Source: Eledone cirrhosa (Eukaryota). From it: a stretch of 64,000 nt of DNA. Below the pieces are notes generated by a model. It was not told where the DNA came from, searched no databases, and saw only the letters and a program-made list of their open reading frames with translations. Each line of letters begins with the position of its first letter. Position 1 is the stretch's first letter. The translations under genes were made by a program, and so were the position numbers. Location of the stretch: contig OZ024742.1 in assembly GCA_964016885.1 (NCBI GenBank), forward strand, positions 303,738,001 through 303,802,000, given 5' to 3'. Below are positions 42,517 through 54,646 of the stretch, in pieces.

Positions 42517-42522
<6 letters not shown>
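42180..42522 (+). mobile_element. Distant relative of the PLE 3'UTR at 9948-10259
   Basis: Shared landmarks AAGATGGCGTAG, CGAAAGAACTTTG and ACCCTCCC...AACAATAT-(AT)n. Confidence 0.6.
42343..42385 (+). ncRNA. Degenerate type I hammerhead motif (G5U)
   Basis: GTCA CTTAAGA G GTCA cagaatgta TGAC GAAAG AA CT T TGAC. Confidence 0.55.
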
Positions 42523-42552
<30 letters not shown>

Positions 42553-42661
42553 GGAAACAAAGAAACCGTGTTGCATTATACTATTGATATTCTGCTCCCC
42601 AAGAGCATCGAGTGTTCATTCAGCATACCACCCATGAACGCAATTAATTTGCACCTTAGCA

Positions 42662-42698
<37 letters not shown>

Positions 42699-42794
42699 GA
42701 AGAAGCGTGTGTGTGTGTGTGTGTGTGTGTGAGTGTGTGTGTGCGAGCGTCTGTGTGCGTGTGATGCAGCCTGCATGTAAGTGGAGTTCTACTG

Positions 42795-43330
42795 AAGCAG
42801 ATGTAGAATATCAAGTAGCTCGCAGCCCTTTTTTTACGAGTGATGGAAGGCAGGAGTTTGAATTAAATGCAAGAATTACAAAAGCTGGAACAGTTTCAGC
42901 AGACATCAGAAGAATGGGGTAGGTGTAACACCCAAACTCGCTATCATAAATTTGATGTTCGTGGCTATCCTTAATAATGTTCATGAATCTTGGATAATGA
43001 CCGAAAGAATACGATCACGAATACAAACGGCCGAAATGGGGTTCCTCCGTAGGGGTTTTCAGTAAAGATACTTGATAGATAGTCGCTTCAGGTAGAGCCT
43101 GTACATATCTGAATAGTGTGATTACACTTCCAGTACTAGATACATGTTTCTAAGCAAACTATGGCTGGACAGATTTAACGAGCAAAGCTAACCAGAGATC
43201 GCCCACCAACACGATGAACTCGTTTGGTCTCGCTTAGAGATACACCTGGATCATTTAGAGATCATTAGAGCTCTGGAATGGCGTGTCTATGGATTCTGGC
43301 CCAATGGCAGAAGGTGCAGAAAAAGACGAG
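42795..43330 (+). mobile_element. RTE-clade (Expander/Rex3-like) LINE 3' fragment followed by (GAA)n(CAA)n
   Basis: FTSDGRQEFELNARITKAG and HESWIMTERIRSRIQTAEMGFLRR. Confidence 0.8.
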
Positions 43331-43414
43331 AAGAAGAAGAAGAAGAAGAAGAAGAAGAAGAAGAAGAAGAAGAAGAAGAAGAAGAAGAAGAAGAAGAAGA
43401 AGAAGAAGAAGAAG

Positions 43415-43446
<32 letters not shown>

Positions 43447-43856
43447 GAATAGTGGGTTGTTTAGACGTAGTTGAATGTGGTTCAAGACAGCGGTATGTAA
43501 GCAATAGGGGGGCGATACAGAGCTGAAGTGAGGCAAGAAAAATAGAATTGAGTGGAAGTGGAATGTGAGAGTTATAATGAAATAGGTTGGAATGGTGGGG
43601 GGAAGAAATGTAGTGGGATAACTAAAATCAGAATTAAAATCAGAAGCAATTGAATTACTGTAAGGTATTTTTATTTTTTGGCTCAAAACCACGATATTTT
43701 GACTTAAAATATTTATACCACTTGTTTATCTATAGGTCAACTATGATTATGCTGACTCATGACGAACACCTTCCAATCAAAATAGCCCCACATTTTATAT
43801 TCTTAAATGTATGCTTCCACATAACAGTACATATGTATATATGTATGTATATAATC

Positions 43857-44422
43857 CCGTTTCGCGGACCATTTTGCTGAACATTTGAGGGACGTACGAC
43901 TCGGTATGGATACTCCCGTCGTCCGTTATTTCCATTCCCCAGGTCACTCTTCCCTACATGTCTCAGTCCTTGGTGTCCTTTTACATCATCGATCACAGGC
44001 ATCGCGCACCAGAACTGAGCAGAGTCTGATTTTCCGCCTTGGGTCCTGTTTCCTCGTATATTCACCCCTACATTCCTATGGCTCTCTTATGGTCAGAAAC
44101 GTATACTCATACAGCTGATACAGACCAACAAAATACGCACAGACACCTCTACATTTCCTTTCACTGCTCTATATACAAACAAACACATAACCACTCCCTT
44201 ATATTAACATGGCAACATGAATGTACCTGTTATTTTTCTCTAAATCATTTTCCCCTATTCCGCCCTACCTGTCCCTTCAATCTTTCTAATTTCCACTTCT
44301 ATCATCTGATGAAGGGCTAGCGGCCGAAACTTTAAGACACTCTTCTTGCTATTTCAAGCGTTAAACTAATATATTATTTCCATATACTGTACCGATTGTG
44401 TTGTCATTTCTGTTTACCTCTT
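43857..44422 (+). mobile_element. PLE 3' fragment (Penelope/Neptune-type GIY-YIG end and 3' repeat)
   Basis: RFADHFAEHLRDVR...PVVRYFHSPGHS...SVLG...EQSLIFRLG; hammerhead in the 3'UTR. Confidence 0.82.
44302..44337 (+). ncRNA. Minimal type I hammerhead motif
   Basis: CTGATGA AG GGC TAGCG GCC GAAAC TTT A AGA; stems I and III weak. Confidence 0.6.
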
Positions 44423-44449
44423 TACACACACGCACACACATTTTTGTAA

Positions 44450-44501
<52 letters not shown>

Positions 44502-44578
44502 TTACAAAAATGGGGGAGGTCATTGCTGGAAAACTTTTCATCATATTTTTGTTCAAACGAGAATAATTCTGTGCTAAA

Positions 44579-44662
44579 TATTGGGTCGTCAAGTATGAAA
44601 TTTGCAGAAATTTCTCAAAGAACAAACAAATTTTTACAAATTCCATACTTGACGAACCAATA
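44579..44662. repeat. 35-bp imperfect inverted repeat, 14-nt loop
   Basis: TATTGGGTCGTCAAGTATGAAATTTGCAGAAATTT / AAATTTTTACAAATTCCATACTTGACGAACCAATA. Confidence 0.8.
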
Positions 44663-44870
44663 GTAAGTAAGCTCCTCCGCCGCCCCAAATAACCACGACC
44701 AATCAATCAAAAAAAAAAAAACACCGAATTCTACTACTATTACTACTACTACTACTACAACAACTACTACTACTTCTACTACTACTACTCCCCTTATATT
44801 ACCGAATTGTCTCATCAGCACCATTTATCTAGAAGGTAATGCATCGCATTATATATATATATATATACAT

Positions 44871-44945
<75 letters not shown>

Positions 44946-45243
44946 TATAAATATAAATTCAGCGAGAATCGCATTTCGGCGGGTAGTAAAAGCGAAACGT
45001 AACCCAAATTCCGAGTCATGCTGGCAAGCGCTCCATGGACTAAAGAGACCAGAGCAATAAACATAGGTTATAAAGGCCATACAAACTGAGAAGGCGGTCA
45101 AGATTCCATTAACCACCTAAGCCCCCCAAAAAAGAGTCTAGCTAAACGGGTCAGACAAAATAAATAACATATTCACTCGGACCCCTGGAATTGATGGTAT
45201 AATCCAGTACAGGGTTTCTGCGACACCTAAATCAATAATACTG

Positions 45244-45314
<71 letters not shown>

Positions 45315-45359
45315 GAAAATAAAACAAAGAAGCCTTCAATACATCAAAAGTCTTTGTTA

Positions 45360-45397
45360 GCCAACGATGTTTCGTCCTATTAAGGACTCATCAGGGC
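45360..45397 (-). ncRNA. Minimal type I hammerhead ribozyme
   Basis: GCC CTGATGA GTCC TTAATA GGAC GAAAC ATC GT T GGC. Confidence 0.82.
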
Positions 45398-46645
45398 AAT
45401 CAAAACCACAAGAAGCACTATCGGCCAATACAAGCCGAAAACTCCGAAGAATATGGAGTGTACATACACTAAAGTATTGGAAGATTATGGGTAAAAATAT
45501 ATAATAAAAATCACTAAGGAGGTGGATAACATTTTTGCCTTATTAGGTATTTTAAATATTTTCAATATTAATTTATCAAATAGGGTTTTCTAGTCATTTA
45601 TCCGGGTTGTTTCCTAAGTTTTTGCTTAACTGCATGTGAGACCTAAGTAAATACTTTTGTTTTTGTTTTTTGATTTCCGGTCGATTTTATTTATTTATTT
45701 ATTAATACTACTGTGCATAGTATTTTCTGTCTGGCCCTTATTCACTCTTTCACATATGTGTCTGTTTACCAACCTTGTAATTATAAGTAATTATATATTA
45801 TATTATGTTCATTATTTTATATTGAAGTTGTTATTCAACTCTTTGTAAATGTACTATTTATCCTTATTACTTACCGATGATTTTATGTACCATTATGAAA
45901 TGTTAAATTTTATATATCATGTAAGATTTTTGTACCATCATAATTTTGGGTATTGTACAATTTATTTTTTTTCTCACCTACTCTGTAACTCTATATTAAT
46001 TGATTTGTTAACTTACATGCCATTATATATTATATATTATTATATTATTATTATAGTGTTATTGTGACATCTATATTGTTTGTGTAAATTAACCGGAGAT
46101 TATCTATTATATTATATTATATATTATATAATTATATAGTTTATTATATATTATATGTGTTACTTTTAATCATTTCATTACTTCATGTTATACTGTATAT
46201 TAGATATACGTATTATTTTTATTTTTATTCCTATTATGCTTATTTATATTTAAACTCTTAATAAGGTTTAATTTGTGCTGTTAATGATGGAAATGTGTAT
46301 TGATGTATATGTATATGTGCGTACGTGTGCGTATATATATACATATGTATATTGTGCCTTTTAATTTTAATTTTAATTTTAATATTGTTACAAGTATATT
46401 ATATTATATTATATTGTATTACATATAGTACTATAATTCCCGCTCTATATAACCACCTTTGTTTAGCACTAGTTTTTTTGCTTTGGACTATATTTGTAAT
46501 ATGGTTCAAAATGTTATCCACCTCCTTAGGGATTTTTATTATATATTTTTACCCACAATCTTCCAATACTTTAGTGTATGTACACTCCATATTCTTCGGA
46601 GTTTTCGGCTTGTATTGGCCGATAGTGCTTCTTGTGGTTTTGATT

Positions 46646-46683
46646 TCCCTGATGAGTCCTTAATAGGACGAAACATTGTTGGC
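46646..46683 (+). ncRNA. Minimal type I hammerhead ribozyme
   Basis: TCC CTGATGA GTCC TTAATA GGAC GAAAC ATT GT T GGC. Confidence 0.8.
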
Positions 46684-46830
46684 TAATAAACACTTTTGAT
46701 GTATTGAAGGCTTCTTTGTTTTATTTTCATAATTTTTCGGCTCTGTTTAATTACATTGAGCTATACCTTTTACTGTCATTTCTATAGCACGAAGAGGGTG
46801 TTTAACTCCAACACACTCCAGTATTTTAAT

Positions 46831-46892
<62 letters not shown>

Positions 46893-46898
<6 letters not shown>

Positions 46899-47207
46899 AA
46901 ATATTTTGTATCTCCAAAGAAATACAGTTTTAGGAAGCCGTAGCTATGCAAACACCTGGGGGATAACGCCCTCTGGTGATATCCAGCAGAAGCAAGGGGG
47001 ACAACCGTCAGCAGTTGCAAGCGGTGGGAGGGACCGTCCTGACTGAAGGCCAGTTAAGCCTGAAATGCATAGACGGTTGTCCCCCTTGCTTCTGCTGGAC
47101 AACACCAGAAGGTGTTTGCATAGCTACGGCTTCCTAAAACTGTATTTCTTTCGAGATACAAAATATTTATACATATTGTATAAAGCTATGCTAGAAGCGA
47201 AATCCTA
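46893..47207 (+). mobile_element. Foldback element: inverted arm, hammerhead, arm and tail, in (TA)n
   Basis: 46893-47009 is the reverse complement of 47072-47173, with one indel of about 15 nt. Confidence 0.85.
47033..47077 (+). ncRNA. Type I hammerhead with 8-nt core variant CUGACUGA
   Basis: ACCGTC CTGACTGA AGGC CAGTTAA GCCT GAA ATGCAT A GACGGT; palindromic stem III. Confidence 0.72.
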
Positions 47208-47218
47208 TATATATATAA

Positions 47219-47417
47219 CAAAGATTGTGTTGTAAGAAACCAAGTGGGCCATAACGTACCAGAGTACTCGTTACTTAGGGTAGTAGATTGGATAATAGGA
47301 AAATAGTCAGGACCCCGACGGCTGAGCTCCGGCTGTTTCGACAGCTAGATCGGAATTGCCCGGATCTAGCTGTCGAATCGGCCGGAGCTCAGCCGTCGGG
47401 GTCCTGCCTCTTTTCCT
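47219..47417 (-). mobile_element. Hairpin-head element (inverted repeat 47297-47417 plus tail)
   Basis: Antisense copy of the 25474/28373 family. Confidence 0.85.
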
Positions 47418-47547
47418 GTATATATATATATATATTATGTGTGTGTATGTGTGTGAGTGTGTGAGTGTGTGTGCGTGTGTGTGTCTGTGTGTATGGGTCT
47501 GTGTGTACATATGTATATATATATATATATCCACACGAAGATACTAA

Positions 47548-48298
47548 GCACCATCACTATCATCACCAAGACCAACAACAACTACAACAACAACATCATG
47601 ACCATCATCTTCAACATTATAATCAGAACCACCACGCCCACCACCACCCATACCATCATCATCATCATCATCATCACTGTCATTATCATATACAACCTGT
47701 CCACCATCACCATCATAACGAACATTATCGTCATCATCATCACCATCATCACCACTATCACTGTCATTATCATCTGTCATCATCACCATCGTCATCACCA
47801 CAGATATTATCATTATCGTCAACACCATCATAACTATCATCATCATCATTATCATCATCACTATCATTACTCCCATCATCATCATCATCATCATTACTCC
47901 CATCATCATCATCATCACCATCATCATCAATATCATTGCTCTCAACATCATCACCATCATCATCACCACCAACATCACCATCATCATTATCACCATCGTC
48001 ATCAACATCACCACCGCCACCACCAACATCACACACCATCACCACCAACACCACCACCACCACCATCACCACCATCACCACCAACACCACCAACATCACA
48101 CAACACCACCACCAACACCACCAACACCACCAACATCACCAACACAACCAACACCACCACCACCACCAACATCACCACCAACACCACCAACATCACCACC
48201 ACCACCAACACCACCAACATGACCACCACCACCAACACCACCACCATCACCATCACCAACATCACCACCACCACCACCAACACCACCACCACCACCAT
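47548..48298. repeat. (CAT)/(CAC)/(CAA) trinucleotide low-complexity tract
   Basis: Seen directly. Confidence 0.9.
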
Positions 48299-48373
48299 TT
48301 TGATTCTCATAATCTGCAAAAGAAAAAAAAACAATTATTAACAAATAGGTTTGTTTCTGCTCTTATTTTATCT

Positions 48374-51140
48374 ATTGTTGTTGTTGCCACTGTTGGTGCT
48401 GCTGTTGTTGGTGCTGCTGCTGTTGCTGCTGCTGTTGCTACTGCTGTTGCTGCTGCTGTTGCTGCTGCTGTTGGTGCTGCTGTTGATGGTGGTGCTGCTG
48501 TTGCTGCTGCTGTTGGTGCTGCTGCTGTTGGTGCTGCTGCTGTTGGTGCTGCTGCTGTTGCTGCTGCTGTTGGTGGTGCTGCTGTTGCTGCTGCTGTTGG
48601 TGCTGCTGCTGTTGGTGCTGCTGTTGGTGCTGCTGTTGTTGGTGCTGCTGCTGTTGCTGCTGTTGTTGCTGCTGCTGCTGTTGGTGCTGCTGCTGTTGGT
48701 GCTGCTGCTGTTGCTGCTGCTGTTGGTGGTGCTGCTGTTGCTGCTGCTGTTGCTGCTGCTGTTGCTGCTGCTGTTGTTGCTGCTGCTGTTGGTGCTGCTG
48801 TTGTTGGTGCTGCTGTTGGTGCTGCTGTTGTTGCTGCTGCTGTTGGTGCTGCTGTAGGTGCTGCTGTTGGTGCTGTTGCTGTTGGTGCTGCTGTTGGCGC
48901 TGATGTTGGTGCTGCTTTTGGTGCTGCTGCTGGTGCTGCTGCTGCTGGTGCTGTTGGTGGTGCTGCTGTTGGTGGTGCAGCTGTTGGTGCTGCTGTTGTT
49001 GCTGCTGCTGTTGGTGCTGCTGTAGGTGCTGCTGTTGGTGCTGCTGCTGTTCGTGCTGTTGCTGCTGTTGGTGTTGGTGATGTTGCTGTTGGTGGTGCTG
49101 CTATTGGTGGTGCTGCTGTTGGTGGTGCTGCTGTTCGTGGTGCTGCTGTTGGTGGTGCTGCAGTTGGTGGTGCTGCTGTGGTATTGCTGCTTTCGGTGCT
49201 CTTGTTGGTGCTGCTGCTGATGCTGCTGCTATTGGTGCAGCTGTTGGTGCTGCCACTGTTGGTGCTGCTGCTGTTGGTGCTGCTGCTGTTGCAGCTGTTG
49301 CTGCTGCAGCTGTTTCTGGTGCTGCTGTTGCTGCTGCTTTTGGTGTTGCAACTTTTGGTGATGCTGCTGTTGGTGGTGCTGCTGGTGGTTCTGTTGGTGG
49401 TGCTGCTGTTGGTGCTGTTAGTGGTGCTGCTGTCTGTGGTGCTGCTGGTGGTGGTGCTGTTGTTGCTGCTGTTGGTGGTGCTGCTGTTAGTGCTGCCGTT
49501 GGTGGAGCTGCTGTTGGTGCTGTTGGTGGTGCTGCTGTTGGTGGTGGTGCTGCTGTTGGTGCTGCCGTTGGTGGTGCTGCTTTTGGTGGTGCTGCTGGTG
49601 GTGCTGATGCTGGTGGTGCTGCTGGTGGTGCTGCTGTTGGTGCTGCTGCTGTTGGTGCTGCTGTAGGTGCTGCCACTGTTGGTGCTGCTGCTGTTGGGGC
49701 TGCCACTCTTGGTGCTGCTGCTGTTGGTGGTGCTGCTGTTGGTGGTACTGCTGTTGGTGCTGCTGCTGTTGTTGGTGGTGCTGCTGCTGCTGCTGTTGTG
49801 CTGCCACTGTTGGAGCTGCTGCTGTTGCTGCTTCTGCTGCTGCTGCTGTTGTTGTTGTTGCTGTTGTAGTTGTTGTTGTTGTTGTTGCTGCTGCTGCTGT
49901 TGCTACTGCTGTTGGTGCTGCCACTGTTGGTGCTCCTGCTTTGCTGCTGCTGTTGATGTTTTTGTCACTGTTGGTGCTGCTGCTGTTAGTGCTGCTGCTG
50001 TTGGTACTTCTGCTAATGCTGCTGCTGTTGTGTTGTTGCCACTGATGGATGGTGCTGCTGCTATTGCTGCTGCTGTTGATATTGTTGCTACTTTTGGTGC
50101 TGCTGCTGTGGGTGCTGCTGCTTTCCTGCTGCTCTTGATGTTGTTGACACTGTTGGAGCTGCTGCTGTTGCTGTTGCTGCTGTTGGTGCTGCTGTTGTTG
50201 GTGCTGCTGTTGATGTAGTTGCCACTGTTGGTGCTGCTGCTGTTGGTGCTGCTGATGTCGTTGCTCCTGATATTGCTGCTGCTGTTGATGTTGTTGACAC
50301 TGTTGGTGCTGCTGTTGTTGTGCTGCTGCTTTTGCTGCTGCTATTGATGTTGCTACTGTTGTTGCTGTTTTCTTTTATGTTATTGCCGCTGTTAGTGCTG
50401 CCTCTGTTCTTGCTGCTGCTGTTGCTGCTGATGTTGCTGCTGCTGTTGCTGCTGCTGTTGATGATGTTGCTACTGTTGTTGCTGTTGTGTTTTTTGTTGT
50501 TGCCGATGTTAGTGCTGCTGTTGTTCTTGTAGTTGCTGCTGTTGTTGTTGTTGCTACAGTTGTAGTTGCTGTTATCTTGGCTGTTGTTGTTGCTGTTGTT
50601 GGTGCTGCTGCTGTGATTGCCGGTGTTGTTGCTGCTGTTGTCTTTGTGTTGTTGTTGCTATTGTTGCTACTGTTGTTGTTGCTATTGTTGCTACTGTTGT
50701 TGTTGCTATTGTTGCTACTGTTGTTGTTGCTATTGTTGCTACTGTTGTTGTTGCTATTGTTGCTACTGTTATTGTTGCTATTGTTGCTACTGTTGTTGTT
50801 GCTATTGTTGCTACTGTTATTGTCACTATTGTTGCTACTGTTGTTGTTGCTATTGTTGCTACTGTTATTGTTGCTATTGTTGCTACTGTTATTGTTGCTA
50901 TTGTTGCTACTGTTGTTGTTGCTATTGTTGCTACTGTTATTGTTGCTATTGTTGCTACTGTTGTTGTTGCTATTGTTGCTACTGTTGTTGCTACTGTTGT
51001 TGCTACTGTTGTTGTTGTTGCCACTGTTGTTGTTGTTGCTGCTGTTGTTGCTACTGTTGTTGCTGCTGCTGCTGTTGTTGCTACTGTTGTTGTTGTTGCT
51101 GCTGTTGTTGCTACTGTTGTTGTTGCTGTTGTTATTACTG
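48374..51140. repeat. (GCT)/(GTT)/(GGT) trinucleotide array, with a 24-bp unit at 50650-50980
   Basis: Seen directly; frame slips occur within it. Confidence 0.92.
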
Positions 51141-51382
51141 TATCATTGCTGATAATGTTCCTGCTGTTTCTACCTATGCTGTTTTCCATCACACTTTCGA
51201 AGACGACATCTGCTTCATTCCATGATCCGTCTAGACAACATACAGCCATTAATCACTTGAACATTCCCCTCCACATCATCTACTCCAACAGGAACATCAA
51301 CAATATATGACAACCTTCCTTGAACACTACCGTAATGATAATAAGAATGCCAACAACAACATCATACAACAACAACATCGGC

Positions 51383-51602
51383 AATAATAATTGTTTCTTC
51401 TATTGGCACAAGGCCAGCAATTTAGGGAGAGGGAAAGTCGATTAAATCGATCCCAGTGCATTACTGGTACTTTATTTTATCGACCCCGTAAGGAAGAAAG
51501 AGAAAACTAACCTCTACGGGATTTGAACTCAGAACGTAAAAGGGGCATAACTCTATTTTACGAAGCATAGTGTCCGACGCTCTACCGATATATTATCAAT
51601 CC
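51383..51602 (-). mobile_element. SINE family A
   Basis: GGCACAAGGCCAGCAA...ACTGGTACTTTATTTTATCGACCCCGTAAGGA...GGGATTTGAACTC. Confidence 0.8.
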
Positions 51603-51610
51603 ACACACAC

Positions 51611-51722
<112 letters not shown>

Positions 51723-51772
51723 GCACATATATATTTACATATATATATATATTTACATATATATATGTATAT

Positions 51773-52321
51773 ATGGTGGCTGCCAACTCGTTTTCGAGTA
51801 CGGCCACTACTTTACATCCATGTAGGATAACCCCTACCGAAGCGCTGAACGAGTGTGACTTTTTAGTCCAGCCAGCGACTTGAAACCTCTGGTACAAACA
51901 CTACACCTGTGACAATCATTGACACATAGTGCTAGGCCCATGGTAGGACAATTATTGACACATAGTGCTGGGCCCATGTGAGGACAAGTGCAGAGAGATC
52001 TCCAGATATAAAGCAATGCCTGTGCCGTGAAGCTTTTATAGTGAGCAAAGGCACTGCACAAAGCCAGTCCCACTCTCTTAACCAAGATGCTATTTACCAA
52101 AAAGAAGAACAAGTCAACATCATTGGATACCATCAGGGTTGCAGGTGTTATATCAGAGTTTTCCTTCTCCTAGAATTCTGCCTTGACTAAGGCTAAAGGG
52201 GTCATCTCTCCCGGTGATTTTGGATGGCCATTGACTCTTAAGAGCTCCTTTGCCCTTTGACAGGTTTTGTTTTTAGTCCTGCAGGATGTCCAAAGTCACC
52301 CTCCTCACCAAGAAACCTTGG
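51773..52321 (-). mobile_element. Internally deleted RTE-derived element (5'UTR-like part fused to zinc-finger 3' end)
   Basis: 5' motif GGCAGAATTCTAGGAGAAGGAAAACTCTG; [19 protein letters not shown]; 3' stem-loop CTCGAAAACGAG; 36-bp tandem duplication at 51911-51982. Confidence 0.62.
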
Positions 52322-52356
52322 TATGTATATATACATGTATACATACATACATACAT

Positions 52357-52430
<74 letters not shown>

Positions 52431-52613
52431 GATGGATTAGGAAGAGGGGTAAGTGGTGAATTAGAATGAGATTAGAGGCGATAGGGAACAGCCATCAGAT
52501 AAAAGGATGATAACTGTAAGACAAAGTGACGGGACAGTGTGTGAAGAGAAGTCAGATGTAGGGACAGACAGATAGGCAGTTAGAGTCATAGATAGATAGG
52601 GTAAGACATAGAT

Positions 52614-52655
52614 AGAGAGAGATGGAAATATATAGAGATACAGTACTAGAGACAT

Positions 52656-52747
<92 letters not shown>

Positions 52748-52807
52748 CGAGGGAGAGACAGAGACAGAGAGAAAGATGAAAATATATAGAGATACAGTAC
52801 TAGAGAC

Positions 52808-52849
<42 letters not shown>

Positions 52850-52926
52850 CGAGGGAGAGAGCGAGAGAGAGACAGAGACAGAGAGAAAGATGAAAATATA
52901 TAGAGATACAGTACTAGAGACATAGA
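52614..52926. repeat. Three tandem units AATATATAGAGATACAGTACTAGAGACATAGA separated by (GA)n
   Basis: Seen directly. Confidence 0.8.
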
Positions 52927-53017
52927 CAGATATATATATATATACACACAGATAGATTGATAGATTGATAGATAGATACATTAATTCATAGATAGGCAAA
53001 TAGATAGATATATAGAC

Positions 53018-53078
<61 letters not shown>

Positions 53079-53182
53079 TAGATTGATAGATTGATAGATA
53101 TATTGATTCATAGATAGGTAGATAGATATGTTTCTTTATTAGCCACAGGGGCACTAAAGAAGGGGACAATAGATATATAGAC

Positions 53183-53267
<85 letters not shown>

Positions 53268-53752
53268 TGAATAGGTAAATGAATAGGTAGATAGATAGAT
53301 AGGACATTATGAGTTATGGATGGGCGTGTTGAATGAAGGAAAAATCAGATAAAAAGTGAGAAAAAGTTGTAAAACAGATGACAGCCGATAGAATGATAGG
53401 CGAGAAAAGTGAGTGATGAAAAAGATCTTGATCAAAGGGAGAAAATGAGATGAAACAAAAACATTACCAATGAAAAAACAAAATAAATATATAAGGTGAT
53501 ATGCAGGAAATGGTCTCAATGTACGAAAAGAGAAACGAAAGACATTAAAATAAAGTAAAGAGTATGGAAGCTGAAGTTGGTCGAGAGGAAGTCGTGAAAA
53601 ATAGATAGAAAGAAGAGGAAAATAGAAGGGATTTTATGAATGAGTACTTGTGTGTTTGTGTGTGTGTGCATGTGGGAGAGAGAGTGTGTTTGTGCGTTTG
53701 TGTGTGTGTGAGAGAGAGTGTTTGTGCGTGTGTGTGTGTGTGTGTATGTGTG

Positions 53753-53820
<68 letters not shown>

Positions 53821-54094
53821 TGTGTGTTTGTGCGTGTGCGTGTGAGTGTGAGTGTATGTATGTATGTGTGAGCGAAAATGGTGTGAATAAAAAAAATGAA
53901 TAGTTGTATGAGAAATAAATAGAAAGAAAGTAAATAGTTACAACTAAGGAATGAGAGAAAACGTACAGAAAAAAAATTGGTGGAGAGAAAAATATGAACA
54001 TGGAAATGTTGTTTGAAACAAAAAAATTAATATAGAATAATAAGCAGAGGGTGGTGGGATGGGTGGTTTGATGAGCGTGTAAACAAGAGGCATT

Positions 54095-54283
54095 AGGTGG
54101 ATTGGCAGTATCAGTAGAGGGTCGGACGCCATGCTTTCCAGCATAGTTACGTCCCTTTATGATCTGAGTTCAAATCCCGCCGAGGTTGACTTTGCCTTTC
54201 ATCCTTACGGGGTCGATAAAATAAAGTACCAGTAATGCACTGGTTAATTGCTGGCCTTGTGCCTAAAGTAGAAACAATTATTA
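54095..54283 (+). mobile_element. SINE family A, full length
   Basis: A and B boxes, core and tail as at 34695. Confidence 0.85.
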
Positions 54284-54469
54284 ACTTTAAATCTAGCAAT
54301 GTAGATGAGTGGTATTAAATTCATACTTGTTTGTAACATGTTGGTAAACTAACGTAACCATTATATTAAAATCAGTCATTAATATTTATATAAAAAATCT
54401 AAAATTATGATCTAAAACCTGATTTACTTAATACTTGAAACGAAACTGGATAAACAAAAAAAAAAAAAA

Positions 54470-54646
54470 GCAGAATCGGTACCGCGTCAGACATGATGCT
54501 TTGTAGCTAGTTACATCCCTTTACGTTCTGCGTTCAAATCCTGTCCATGTTAACTTTGCCTTTCATTCTTACGGGGTCGATAAAGTAAAGTACCAGTAAT
54601 GCACTGGATAATTGCTGGCCTTGTGCCAAAATTAGAAACAATTATT
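54470..54646 (+). mobile_element. SINE family A
   Basis: GTTCAAATCC...CTTTGCCTTTCATTCTTACGGGGTCGATAAAG...GGCCTTGTGCC. Confidence 0.8.

Larger units (their letters stand above)
45310..46833 (+). mobile_element. Non-coding PLE-like element with ~225-bp inverted hammerhead-bearing repeats and a 100-bp 3' tail, in (TA)n
   Basis: 45310-45535 is the reverse complement of 46508-46733; AT-rich interior. Confidence 0.85.

Noticed and set aside
44800-44822. Minus-strand CTGATGAG as a hammerhead
   Set aside because: No stem II closure or GAAA downstream
47936-51249. Long Ala/Val/Gly- or Leu-rich ORFs (elastin/antifreeze-like)
   Set aside because: Translations of trinucleotide arrays with internal frame slips; no gene context
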